Counted from the first letter of the stretch, positions 32,531-42,448 are shown. The stretch is 64,000 bases of DNA from Candidatus Entotheonellaceae bacterium (GCA_965238075.1 OZ250173.1:832001-896000), one strand, 5' to 3'. Made by a program: numbers and translations. Notes: a model not told the origin generated them from the sequence alone.

Positions 32531-33820
32531 GTGCGCGTGCTGCTGATTGCCACCAACCGGCACGACCGCCTGATGAGCCGCCTGAACGCCAAGCCGTTGC
32601 CGATCGGGCTGGCCTACGTGGCCGGTGCCTTTGCCAACTCGCGGCACACCGTCAAATCGCTGGATCTGATGTTCTCCGAGGACGCTTCCGCCGACGTCGA
32701 ACGGGCGGTGCGTGACGTGCAGCCCGATCTGGTGGGCATTTCGCTGCGTAACCTGAGCAACCACAGCTACCTCGACCCGCAATGGGCGCTGCCCGATTCC
32801 AAGGCGGTGATCGACACGGTGCGAGCCTGCTGCGGCGCCACGATCGTGTGCGGCGGCCCGGCCTTCAGTATCCTGCCGCAGGCGGTGTTCGACTATCTGG
32901 AACCGGACCTGGGACTGATCGGGGACGCCGCCGACACCTTTGTGCGCCTCGCTGACAGCCTGGAACCCGGCGCGCCCCACGATGACCTGCCCGGACTGGT
33001 CTACCGCCGAGACGGCCGCGTCGTCGTGAACCCGGCGGGCGACGGCAGCGCCTTCAACCACCCGCCCCGCCTTGACGGTCTGGACATTGCCAAATACGCC
33101 CAGGCCGGCTTCGGCATGGGCGTGGTGACCAAGCTCAGCAGCTTCGCCTATCCCACCCACGCCGGAGATAGCTCGCAGCAGGAAGCGTGGCGCGTCATTC
33201 GCCCCATCGACGAGGTGCTGGCCGAGGTCCAAAACCTGGAAGCCCGCCATGGCCTGCGCAAGGTGTTCTTCATCGACAACGCCTTCAACGTGCCGCTGCC
33301 GCATGCCAAGGACCTGTGCCGCGCCCTGGTCGCCTCCGGCACGACGGTGCACTGGGACACTTGCCTGGCGCCATTTGGCTGCGACGCCGAACTGATCCGC
33401 CTTATGAACCAGGCCGGGTGCGGCCTCGTCCTCATGGGCGCGCTGCCGACCGCGCCGCTGGCGGCGGGGAATCTGGCCGAACGCCTGCAGCCGGCGCTCG
33501 AAACCTGCCGCCTGTGCGAGCGGCACGGGCTGAACTACACCCTCTCCGTCACCTTCGGCGAGCCCGACGAGACGCGGCAGACGGTCGCCGCCAAGCTCGA
33601 CTTTCTGCGCGGCGTCAAACCGTCCCTGGCCAACCTGCGCGTCGGCGTCAGCGTTCTGCCCGGCACCGCGGTGGCCGCCCGCGCTTTGGCCGAGGGGCTC
33701 ATTGGCAACGAGGCTGAACTCGTCAAGCCCACCTTCTACGTCGCCCCCGCCGTGCGCGACTGGATCGTCGACACCCTGCTGGCGGAAAAGGCCGCAAACC
33801 GCCGCTGGAACGTGCTGTGA
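32531..33820 (+). CDS. B12-binding / radical-SAM-like protein lacking CxxxCxxC
   Basis: PIGLAYVAG, PDLVGISLRN, VCGGPAFS, then RPIDEVLAE, FFIDNAFN and FGEPDET; no cluster motif. Confidence 0.8.
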   Translation: MRVLLIATNRHDRLMSRLNAKPLPIGLAYVAGAFANSRHTVKSLDLMFSEDASADVERAVRDVQPDLVGISLRNLSNHSYLDPQWALPDSKAVIDTVRACCGATIVCGGPAFSILPQAVFDYLEPDLGLIGDAADTFVRLADSLEPGAPHDDLPGLVYRRDGRVVVNPAGDGSAFNHPPRLDGLDIAKYAQAGFGMGVVTKLSSFAYPTHAGDSSQQEAWRVIRPIDEVLAEVQNLEARHGLRKVFFIDNAFNVPLPHAKDLCRALVASGTTVHWDTCLAPFGCDAELIRLMNQAGCGLVLMGALPTAPLAAGNLAERLQPALETCRLCERHGLNYTLSVTFGEPDETRQTVAAKLDFLRGVKPSLANLRVGVSVLPGTAVAARALAEGLIGNEAELVKPTFYVAPAVRDWIVDTLLAEKAANRRWNVL

Positions 33821-33929
33821 GGCTCGACCCGCCCTGGCCGAATCTCCTTGTCTGGTATAGGCAGTTCTGATACAAAAGACGCTTTGACCCTTTAGCCACG
33901 ACATAGAATCGGAGGAACAGCCCAACATC

Positions 33930-35078
33930 ATGGAGGTCCTGAGCGCCCTTGCCGGGGAGAGGAAAACGTACCGGAAAAAACTCACGGTGTTGGATCGGGA
34001 AATCCGACAGGTGATAGTCGGCTATGATCGGCTGGTACGGCGGCTGCTCTACGGCCTCTTCTCAGACGGCCAAAAAAGTCTGGGGCGCACCACCTGTGCC
34101 CACCTGTTGCTACTCGCCTACCCGGGCCTTGGCAAATCTACCGCCGGCGAAACCGTTGCCCAGCTCATTGGCGGCGTTTTCCGCAGGATTCAGCTGGTAG
34201 CCGACATGCTGCCCGCCGATATCCTCGGCGCCCCGGTGCTGGAAAGCCAGAACGGCAAAAAGGAATTCACCTTCCTGCGCGGCCCCATCTTTTCCAACAG
34301 CATCCTCCTCGACGAAATCAACCGCACGCCGCCGCGCACCCTCAGCGCCGCCCTGCAAGCCATGGCGGAGGGCAAAGTCGACGTCGGCCACGAGCGTTTC
34401 TACATCGACGAGCCCTTTTTCGTCATCGCTACCCAGAACCCACTCGAACAAGAGGGCACCTACCCGCTGCCGGAAGCCCTCCTCGACCGCTTCGCCATGC
34501 GTATCACCCTGGATTACCTCTCCGAAGCCGAAGAAATGGCCCTGTCCGAGCGCGAGGACGTGTTCGCCGACTTGTCGCTCAAGCCGGTCATGAGCCGCGA
34601 GGAAGTCGTCGCCGCGCGCGCCTTCATTCGCGCCAACGTCTACGTTGACCGCGCCTGCCGGGCTTACGCGGTGCGGCTGGTACACGCCACGCGGCCGCCA
34701 ACCGACGACCCCACCGGCTCGCTGCACCGGCAATGCCTGGATGACCTCTATATCGGCGACCGCTCGCCCGTGCTGGTCGGCTGCTCGCCGCGCACCCACC
34801 TCGTCCTCGTTAACCTCGCCAAAACGCGGGCCTTCCTCAAGGGCCGCGACGAGGTGTGGTACGAGGACCTCCAGGACTTGGCGTTCGACGTGCTCAATCA
34901 CCGCCTGGTGCTGGATGGCACCCTGTTGGCGCAACGGGCCAGTCGTCCCATGGCGTTTCTGGACGACCACCTCATCGAGCAGGGCGAACGCGCCTTCGAT
35001 CTGCGTGACGACATCGGCTTCCTGCGCCAAGTGGTGCGCCGCATCCTGCGCGGCGTTCCCACCGAGGTGGCCGATTAG
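33930..35078 (+). CDS. MoxR-family AAA+ ATPase
   Basis: PGLGKST, RIQLVADMLPADILG, GPIF, DEINR, ATQNPLEQEGTYPLPEALLDRF. Confidence 0.95.
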   Translation: MEVLSALAGERKTYRKKLTVLDREIRQVIVGYDRLVRRLLYGLFSDGQKSLGRTTCAHLLLLAYPGLGKSTAGETVAQLIGGVFRRIQLVADMLPADILGAPVLESQNGKKEFTFLRGPIFSNSILLDEINRTPPRTLSAALQAMAEGKVDVGHERFYIDEPFFVIATQNPLEQEGTYPLPEALLDRFAMRITLDYLSEAEEMALSEREDVFADLSLKPVMSREEVVAARAFIRANVYVDRACRAYAVRLVHATRPPTDDPTGSLHRQCLDDLYIGDRSPVLVGCSPRTHLVLVNLAKTRAFLKGRDEVWYEDLQDLAFDVLNHRLVLDGTLLAQRASRPMAFLDDHLIEQGERAFDLRDDIGFLRQVVRRILRGVPTEVAD

Positions 35079-35116
35079 GGCCGCGGCAACCACAGCGAGC
35101 GGAGCCGAGCGGAGAT

Positions 35117-36052
35117 ATGCAGATAGCGCGCGCGACAGCGAGCGATAGTGGCGACATGGATTTCGGCACTTGGTACGCCCACGCCACCCGCCGGGCCGAT
35201 CTACACCTGAGGCAACGGGTGCAGACCATCATGCAGGGTATGCACGGCAGCACCTTTCGCGGCCGCGGCGAGGATTTCGAGTTTTTCCAGCCGCACGCCC
35301 TCGGCGAGGACACCGCCCACATCGACTGGCGAGCCAGTGAGCGCCTGGAAAGCGGCCTGCTGGTGCGCCGCTTGCGCGAAGAGCGCGTGCTCGAAGTATG
35401 GATCGCCGCCGACCTCAGCGCCTCGATCTTCACCGGCTTTTCCACCGAGGGCTGCAAGCAGCGCCTTCTGCTGGACCTCATCGCCATCATCGGGCGCTCG
35501 GTCATCGGCCAGCAGGACCTCCTCGGATTCGTCGGTTTCGACCGCAACATCCGCACCGTGATGCAACCGTTTCGCTCGGAAAAGACCTTCGTCAATCTGC
35601 TGCAAATGATCTGGGAGCACCAGCCCGAGAGCGGCGCAACCACCACCTTGCTGCCGGCCCTGCGGTTCTTCGAGACGCAAGAGGGCGCCTCGCAGAAGAA
35701 GAAAAAGCGCCTGCTGCTGCTGCTGTCCGATTTCGAGACCGAGGACGACTGGCTGCCGGCCGCGCAGCGCATACACGCCATGCACCCGTTGCTGCCCATC
35801 GTGCTGGAAGAAGCCGTGCCGGAACACCTGCCGACCTCAGCTGGGCTGCTGACCTACCGCGATGTCGAGAGCGGGCAGTTACAGACGGTTGACGCACGCG
35901 CCTGGCTGCGGCTGCTGCACGAGGAAAGGCAGGAACAGCGCGAGCGCTACCTGGCAGCGTTCGAGGCCTCGGGCCTGGGGGCGCTGTTCGTATCGCAGCA
36001 AGCCTTCGACGTGGACGCCGTCATCGAGTATCTCGAAGCGCAACGTGTGTAA
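35117..36052 (+). CDS. DUF58 domain protein
   Basis: GMHGSTFRGRGEDF, HIDWRAS, EER, DLSAS, LLSDF; start may be the downstream Met. Confidence 0.9.
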   Translation: MQIARATASDSGDMDFGTWYAHATRRADLHLRQRVQTIMQGMHGSTFRGRGEDFEFFQPHALGEDTAHIDWRASERLESGLLVRRLREERVLEVWIAADLSASIFTGFSTEGCKQRLLLDLIAIIGRSVIGQQDLLGFVGFDRNIRTVMQPFRSEKTFVNLLQMIWEHQPESGATTTLLPALRFFETQEGASQKKKKRLLLLLSDFETEDDWLPAAQRIHAMHPLLPIVLEEAVPEHLPTSAGLLTYRDVESGQLQTVDARAWLRLLHEERQEQRERYLAAFEASGLGALFVSQQAFDVDAVIEYLEAQRV

Positions 36053-36414
36053 CTGCCCGGTCGGATTAGAGAGGGTCTGATTTTGACGTCACTCCGGCGA
36101 AGGCCGGAGTCCAGAGGGTTTTCCGCCGGCAAGAGCCTGCTCCGGTCTGGGGTTGATGGATTCCGGAGCCTGCCCCGGACCTGATCCGGGGTCAAGCCCG
36201 GAATGACCGATTTGAAGACTTTGGACGATCTAGGGCGGTTTGCGTTCGTATGTCTGGCCTATCTACGTGCCATGCTGTGATGCGCCCCATCGAGATCGTT
36301 CGTGCCCGCGGCGGTTTGTTTTGCGGGACCTCGTCCAGCACATGGGTTCTGCGGGGGTTGGGTTTTTGCGGTTCTGACGCGCCTTTTCGGCCACGGATTT
36401 GTTGTCGGGGAGAG

Positions 36415-36514
36415 AACCCCCCTCGCCCCCCTTATCAGGGGGGAATTTCTGAAAACCGCAAGGGCTCAAGGACAACCCCTCCAAGGCCCCCCTGACAAGG
36501 AGGGTCGGGGGGTT
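36415..36514. repeat. CCCCCTTATCAGGGGG / CCCCCCTGACAAGGAGGG hairpin doublet
   Basis: Paired C/G-run palindromes inside the MoxR operon gap. Confidence 0.7.
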
Positions 36515-36653
36515 ACGCCAACGCAGGCGCAGGGCCGCTCGGGTGCACGTCTTTGTCCGACGCCTTACACTGCTGCGGATATCCCATATAGGCATGCGAA
36601 AACCGCTCTATCTGTATAGAAAAGGATGCCTCATTTTGGTTCCGAAACAGTTG

Positions 36654-38486
36654 ATGCCCAAACGACCAACCGGACGCTGTGTTCTGCTGGCCTTCGTTAG
36701 TGCTTTGCTGTTGACCAGCACCGGGCTGACGCCTTCCGTCTGGTCGCAGGACGCCATTTACGAGCGCTCCGAAGAAGAGCGGCTCTACTACGAACCCGAG
36801 CATTTCGTGCGTTACCGCATGGTCGACGCGGGATTGCAGCGCGAGGACCTGCTGCCCTTGCTGTCGCGCCAGCACGCCGTCATCGTGCTGGAAAAGCCGG
36901 ACGACTACAGCGAACGCCGGGTGCGCGAGCTGTTGCAACAGCCGCCGGTGAGCCTGCCGTCCATCGCCGCCTTCCGCGCTATGCCCGGTCCGAAAACCGC
37001 CGAAACCTTCGCGGTCGGCTACATCCAGGACCCGCTGGCGGCGCTCCGCCTCAAGGCCGGAAAGGATTTCGCCATTTACCTGGTCACCTTCGACCACCGC
37101 CTGCGCCTGGGCGTTTTCCTGCAGGCCCTGCAGGAACTGGCCGACCGCTCGGAGGTGGATTACGCCCTGCCGGCGTTTTTCTTTGCGGATAAGATGGCGG
37201 CGCCGTTTCCGCTCTTCGAGGCGGAATTTCTGGCGCCGCAGCTCATCCCCGGCGGCCTCCGCCGCATCGTGTCACTGAACCGCACCAATCACGTGCAACC
37301 GGTGCAGGACGAAACCGAGGAGGAGCCCGATTTTGAGCAGCCGGTCGTCTTGCAGCTCAGCAAGAAGGCGCCCAGCAACATCCTGGCCACGGTGTTGCGC
37401 TACCAGCAGATGCCCGGCGTCGTCAAGCAGGCGCAATTACGCTGGCTGCGGCTGCGCCTGCCGGTGGAGGTTCAGGCAAGCTGGGAACTGCCCGCCGGCA
37501 TCAACTCGTTCGGCATCTGGGAGCCGGTGCGCTACAGGCTGGCCATCGAGCGCGACCAGGACGTCGATCTGCTGCCCAAAGCCTTTACCGAGGGATCGGT
37601 GCGCGCCTGGTTGTCGGACAATACCAGGCTGCCGGACGAACTCATTCAGGTGGACGATATCGAGCGGCAAACCCGCGACGTCGGCGACGGCCGTGCCCTG
37701 GACGAGGTGTTGCTGACCTTCCGCCTATCCAAAACCGGCATTTACATTTTCTCCCCGTATCCCATTCAGGCCACCTACACGGGCCTGAACGACCAGCGCC
37801 GCATCGAGGTGTTCAACGCCAAGTCGCAAAATTTCCTCAGTATTCCCGGCCACCTGCCGCGGCAGGTCGGCCAAATGCCCGGGCAACTGCTGCCCGTCGC
37901 GGCTCTGCAGACGCCAACCTGGATCAGTCCGACCGGTCTGGCGCTGGGCGTCCTGTGTATGGTTGTCGGGCTCATTGGCGCCCTGCGCGTCTCGAACCGC
38001 ACCTGGAGCTTTCGCGCCGCCGCCGCTATTGACGACACCAAGGCGCACGCGCAGGCATTGGCGGCCCTGCGGCAGCGCTACCGCGAGCGGCTCGGCGACC
38101 TGACGCAGCAGGCGGACTCGCTGTCCCTGCAAGGCCACGCGGACGCCACAGCGAACGAAGCTGAGCGTATCAATCAGATGCAAGCGAGCGCTGGCGAGCG
38201 TGCTTGGCTGCGGGCGCTCAGCGTGTTCCTGAAACAGCTCCTCGGCGAACGCTGCTACGAAGACGAGCACCGGCTGCTCGGCGGCCTGGGCACGTCGAGC
38301 GCAACGATCCATCGGTACATGCTGGCCACCTCGGTCGACCCGCAGGCGCCGCCGGTGGCGGACGCGCTGGATCTGCTGCAAGCCATCGAGGGCCGGGCGC
38401 TGAGCCAAGATCTGTCGCTAACCAAAGACACCATCGATGATCTGCTGAGCCGCGCCACCCGTCTCGCCGAAGCCCTTTGTGAATAG
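36654..38486 (+). CDS. Exported, C-terminally membrane-anchored protein (BatD-like position in the operon)
   Basis: Signal-peptide-like N-terminus, single late TM, lies between DUF58 and vWA genes. Confidence 0.7.
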   Translation: MPKRPTGRCVLLAFVSALLLTSTGLTPSVWSQDAIYERSEEERLYYEPEHFVRYRMVDAGLQREDLLPLLSRQHAVIVLEKPDDYSERRVRELLQQPPVSLPSIAAFRAMPGPKTAETFAVGYIQDPLAALRLKAGKDFAIYLVTFDHRLRLGVFLQALQELADRSEVDYALPAFFFADKMAAPFPLFEAEFLAPQLIPGGLRRIVSLNRTNHVQPVQDETEEEPDFEQPVVLQLSKKAPSNILATVLRYQQMPGVVKQAQLRWLRLRLPVEVQASWELPAGINSFGIWEPVRYRLAIERDQDVDLLPKAFTEGSVRAWLSDNTRLPDELIQVDDIERQTRDVGDGRALDEVLLTFRLSKTGIYIFSPYPIQATYTGLNDQRRIEVFNAKSQNFLSIPGHLPRQVGQMPGQLLPVAALQTPTWISPTGLALGVLCMVVGLIGALRVSNRTWSFRAAAAIDDTKAHAQALAALRQRYRERLGDLTQQADSLSLQGHADATANEAERINQMQASAGERAWLRALSVFLKQLLGERCYEDEHRLLGGLGTSSATIHRYMLATSVDPQAPPVADALDLLQAIEGRALSQDLSLTKDTIDDLLSRATRLAEALCE

Positions 38487-38489
38487 CCC

Positions 38490-39626
38490 ATGTTGCAATT
38501 CGAGCACCCCGCCGCTCTCCTGCTCGCCCTACCCCTCATCGCGCTGGCTTGGTGGCCGCGCCGCCGTCCGCTGCCATACCTGGCGGTGAGCCTGCCCCCG
38601 GCGGTTCGCGCGCGCGCCGGAGCGGCAGCCGGACAGCGCCGCCTCACCCGCTTGCCGTTTTACTGCCTATACGGCTTCCTCGCCATCTTGCTCGTCGTCA
38701 TGTCCGAACCCTACCTCGGCACGGTGGAAACGCACGAGGTGGAAGAAGCGCGGAGCATCCTCATGCTTCTTGACACCTCCGCCAGCATGATCCAGACCGG
38801 GCTGCTGAAGCGCGTGGTGACAGGCTTTCTGGTGCCGTTCATCGCCGCGCGCCCCGAGGGCGACCGCCTGGCGGTGGCACGCTTCGATTCCGACGCCAGC
38901 GGCGGCATCTTCACGCGCAATCACGACGGCGTGATCATGGAAATCACCCGGCGCAGCGTGGTGCAGCAATTCGACGTGTCGCGGGACCTCGCCAAGCTGA
39001 GCACCAAGGGTACGCAGCTCGGTATCGGCCTGTTCAAGGCTCTGGCCAGCTTTGTGGAAGACGAAGTGGAAAGGCAGGTGGCGGAGGCCCGCCTCGACGT
39101 GCCGGCGCAGGACGGCATTTACCGCGAATTGCAGGACGTTCTGGCCCGGTTTCTGGGGCATTTCCGGAGCAAGAGCAAGGACGAATTCCAGCTCGAAATC
39201 CCGCTTGTGGATACCCTGGCCGACATCGGCACCGGCAAGTCGATGATCCTCATTACCGACGGCCAACTTCTGGAATCCAGTTCCGAGGCGACCCGCGTGG
39301 ACTACCTGAAAATCCTGGACACCTACGAGCAACTGGGCTTCCGGCACATTTACTTCGTCAGCCTGAAATCACACCCGGCGCAGCTAAACCCGCTGCTCGG
39401 ACGCAACCCGAGCTGGCGGGCGTACACCTGGGACCAGACCACCACCGGCCTGCGCAGCATTTTCGCGCAGATCGCCCGCGACATCGACACCACGGCGCGC
39501 GGCAAGAGCGTCGTCGCCACCGAGGTAAGCAAGCAGCCGGTCGTGCGCTGGTTTCTGCCGGGCCTGCTGCTCTTGCCGCTGAGCGCCGGCCTGCGGCTGC
39601 ACCGGCGCCTGCGGCATTTCCCCTGA
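38490..39626 (+). CDS. vWA-domain membrane protein (BatA-like)
   Basis: MLQFEHPAALLL, MIDAS LDTSASM, GTQLGIGL, ILITDG, C-terminal TM. Confidence 0.88.
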   Translation: MLQFEHPAALLLALPLIALAWWPRRRPLPYLAVSLPPAVRARAGAAAGQRRLTRLPFYCLYGFLAILLVVMSEPYLGTVETHEVEEARSILMLLDTSASMIQTGLLKRVVTGFLVPFIAARPEGDRLAVARFDSDASGGIFTRNHDGVIMEITRRSVVQQFDVSRDLAKLSTKGTQLGIGLFKALASFVEDEVERQVAEARLDVPAQDGIYRELQDVLARFLGHFRSKSKDEFQLEIPLVDTLADIGTGKSMILITDGQLLESSSEATRVDYLKILDTYEQLGFRHIYFVSLKSHPAQLNPLLGRNPSWRAYTWDQTTTGLRSIFAQIARDIDTTARGKSVVATEVSKQPVVRWFLPGLLLLPLSAGLRLHRRLRHFP

Positions 39627-39720
39627 GCCGACCCCGTTATCGCGCTGGCAGGTAAGCCTCAGTTTGAGAGAATCCGCTCAATCGGCCCCTCCCCAGAACG
39701 GCTTTACTCCCTCTCCCCTG

Positions 39721-39951
39721 AAACGTGTGATGCAAATGGCTTCTTCAAGGAGGTTCTAAGCACCCCTCTGAGGCATCCCGGACTCCAAAGGGGTCATTCC
39801 GGGCTTGACCCGGAATCCAGAACCCCGGAAAGCCACTGGACTCCGGCCCCGGATCAAGTCCGGGGCAGGCTTTTCGCCGGCGTGACGCGGCGTTGCCAGA
39901 AAGGGTTGACCAGCGCTTCGTCAGACCATTCCTTATGTGCATCCCACGTCT
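39721..39951. mobile_element. Putative MITE with imperfect 17-bp terminal inverted repeats, containing nested repeats
   Basis: Left AAACGTGTGATGCAAAT versus reverse complement of right AGACGTGGGATGCACAT (14/17); splits a CCCTCTCCC hairpin. Confidence 0.6.
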
Positions 39952-40101
39952 GGAGGGAGAGGGTCGGGGTGAGGGGGAAGCGAGGTGCGAAACGACTCGT
40001 CGGTACGACAGCTTGCCCCCGTGTGGGGGTGTTTGCTACAGTCCGCCCCACCGCCAAACGGGGCAGGCACGCCATAGTCCACATCGAAAAGGAGAATCAG
40101 A

Positions 40102-40869
40102 ATGGCCGTTGACGAGGCAATCGAGATCAAGTGGCAGGGTTTGCAGCGGGGCGATCACGCGCCCGAGGCGCTGCAGGGCAAGCTATCCCTGCATGACGCC
40201 TACCAGGTGCAGCTGGGGGTTTTGGAGCATTACAAGGTCAGCGGCGAAACGCAGGCGGGCTGGAAGATTGGATTGACGGCCGACGCCATTCGACAAATCT
40301 ACGACACCAGCGATCCGGCCTTCGGCTTCCTGCTGGAAAGCAACGCCTACACCAGCGGCCACCGCTTCAATTTCGCCGACATCGTCAACCCGGCCATCGA
40401 ATCCGAGCTTTGCTTCACCCTCGGCGAAACGCTGCGCGGCCCCGGTGCGACCCGCGAGCAGGCGCTCAACGCGGTCAGTTCGATCGCCCCGTCGTTCGAG
40501 GTCGTATCGATGCAGGTCAAAATGGCGGAGGATTTGCCCCTGGGCATCGCCGACAACGTCAGCCAATGGGGCTATGTGACGCACACGGCGATAGCGCCGT
40601 ACCCGAAGGACCTGGTGCTGGGTGGGGTCACCGCCGAGGTCAAGACGGATGGAACCATCATCGTCAGCCTGCTCGGCGCCGACGTCATTGACGATCAACT
40701 GCAATCGCTGGCCTGGTTGGCCAACCAGCTCGCTGTTTTTGGCAGAGTGCTGGAGGCCGGCCAGTGCGTCATTACCGGATCGTTCACCAAGCCGCTGCCC
40801 ATCAAGCAGGGCGAGAGCTGGGAAACGCATTTTTCCTCGGTAGGCGCCGTTTCGGCGACGTTCGCATAG
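40102..40869 (+). CDS. 2-keto-4-pentenoate hydratase-like (FAH superfamily)
   Basis: DAYQVQ, GWKIGLT, IESELCF, IADN, LAWLAN, ITGS. Confidence 0.88.
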   Translation: MAVDEAIEIKWQGLQRGDHAPEALQGKLSLHDAYQVQLGVLEHYKVSGETQAGWKIGLTADAIRQIYDTSDPAFGFLLESNAYTSGHRFNFADIVNPAIESELCFTLGETLRGPGATREQALNAVSSIAPSFEVVSMQVKMAEDLPLGIADNVSQWGYVTHTAIAPYPKDLVLGGVTAEVKTDGTIIVSLLGADVIDDQLQSLAWLANQLAVFGRVLEAGQCVITGSFTKPLPIKQGESWETHFSSVGAVSATFA

Positions 40870-40943
40870 GGGGGAAGCAGGGCGACGAGAGGGAAGCGGC
40901 ATCGTGAAAGGCGTTCAATTTGTCGTTGACGAACAGGGTAACA

Positions 40944-41321
40944 GAACGGTGAGAGCTTTCATCTCCAGGTCGATGTCCTGGATCCGGAGTCGAAGGCACT
41001 CCGTGATGCGCAAGCCCGAGCCGTACAGAAGCTCGACCATGAGCTGATGCACTCCGGACGTCAGTGCGATCACGCGAGCCGTCTCCTCACGGGTCAGGAC
41101 AATAGGTATCCTGGTTTGTTTGCGGGCGCGGTCTGCGTTGATTTCGCCGCTCAGAGGAATCCTTCGATCTTCTCTTCCCCGGGGTGAAGGTCGTCCCGGG
41201 ACTGCATATTATGGAAACGGGCATAGCGTTTGACCCAATCGCGGTAGGCGCGTTCGGTATGGATGGAATAATGACGTCGTCGCATGAGGTCGCGCATTTC
41301 GTCGAGCAGTTTCGTCGCCAT
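40944..41321 (-). pseudogene. intI: Integron integrase IntI, internally deleted and 3' truncated
   Basis: KLLDEMRDLMRRRHYSIHTERAYRDWVKRY...FL*, then in another frame [16 protein letters not shown]...[21 protein letters not shown]; divergent from the cassettes. Confidence 0.9.
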
Positions 41322-41459
41322 ACAAATCCCCGAGCGCTGGGTCATGCGTGGAGCTTGGTGAGTCAAGGCGTTGAGCGCCTCTGGCGATGAGATGACACTG
41401 AGATGACACATGGCAGATCTGCTTGATAATCAATGGTTTAGCGTCAATAGGAAACGAAG

Positions 41460-41780
41460 GTGAGACCTAGGTTCAAGAGAATATTCACGTGGGCACTTGG
41501 AGTCGCGTTCTTTCTCTATCTCGCGTATTTGTTCGTTCGGCTCCAAATTGGCCTCACCGAAGAAACGTGGAACTTGATCAGAGAGCAGTGGTTGGCGGTC
41601 ATCGTATTTCCATCGGCGTGCTTTGCTTGTCTTGTCGTTGTCATGATGCTTCACCAAGCTTCTGGCAACATGGAATTCAAGGCAATGGGCTTCGAATTCA
41701 AAGGAGCTTCGGCGCCAACAGTAATTTGGGGTTTTCTTGTGCTCATTATGGCAGCGTCATTGCATTTGCTGTGGCAATAG
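41460..41780 (+). CDS. Integron cassette 1: small three-TM membrane protein
   Basis: Lower GC, stop codon abuts attC, hydrophobic segments with MEFKAMGFEFKGAS. Confidence 0.75.
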   Translation: MRPRFKRIFTWALGVAFFLYLAYLFVRLQIGLTEETWNLIREQWLAVIVFPSACFACLVVVMMLHQASGNMEFKAMGFEFKGASAPTVIWGFLVLIMAASLHLLWQ

Positions 41781-41838
41781 CCCAACCCGTAATTCAATCG
41801 GACGCAGCAGAGCTGGGCCGCTTAATTCTGCGTTAGGT
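41780..41838 (+). other. attC recombination site (59 bp)
   Basis: GCCCAAC..ATTCAATCGGAC...GCCGCTTAATTC..GTTAGGT: RYYYAAC and GTTRRRY ends with internal L boxes. Confidence 0.85.
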
Positions 41839-41871
41839 GGCGCTGGGAGAGCTACATGAGGTCAAACACCA

Positions 41872-42357
41872 GTGAGCACTGAAGAGCATAAGAGGAAGAA
41901 GAGTTTACGACTGGGTTGGGTACCGGTCGTTCTGGTTGTCATCGTCTTTGTGGGGGCACGACAGCTTCATCCGGGTGGAATTCGCGGTCTCATCGGCGAT
42001 TTCGCCACCAAGTCGTCATCTAACTCGGAGGTCAAGGCACTCAGCGACAGAATGTTGGCTTCACTCGTGCCGATTGGGGCGGCTGCAATCTGCCTAAAGA
42101 AGCATGGAGAGAATGCGGATCTAATGGATGCGGCAGTTAAGTACAACAATCGCAATGAGGTCGCAATGCAAGAACCGGCGTCAGAAATCGAAGCGGCAGG
42201 GGGAATGTCGCACGATGAGAAGGACCTCTTAGATAGAGAGGGTTACCGATCAGCACGTAGTCTTCTGGGTAAAGGACTTGGTGCCGAACAAGGATGCAGT
42301 AACTTGGCAGTCCGCATCAACTCCGGTGAGTCTGATCTTGACAAGACCAATAAATGA
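41872..42357 (+). CDS. Integron cassette 2: membrane-anchored hypothetical protein
   Basis: Bounded by GTTAGGTGGC (41832) and its exact reverse complement GCCACCTAAC (42395). Confidence 0.75.
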   Translation: MSTEEHKRKKSLRLGWVPVVLVVIVFVGARQLHPGGIRGLIGDFATKSSSNSEVKALSDRMLASLVPIGAAAICLKKHGENADLMDAAVKYNNRNEVAMQEPASEIEAAGGMSHDEKDLLDREGYRSARSLLGKGLGAEQGCSNLAVRINSGESDLDKTNK

Positions 42358-42394
42358 TCACTACTGGCAGGTCTACTTTGTGCGAGTTCAGGGT

Positions 42395-42422
42395 GCCACC
42401 TAACAAGCAGTTGCAGCGGACC
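42395..42422 (+). other. Truncated attC (left half only)
   Basis: ACCTAACAAGCAGTTGCAGCGGAC with no matching right arm. Confidence 0.7.
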
Positions 42423-42448
42423 GTGAGATCGAGACGCTCTTTTCAGCC

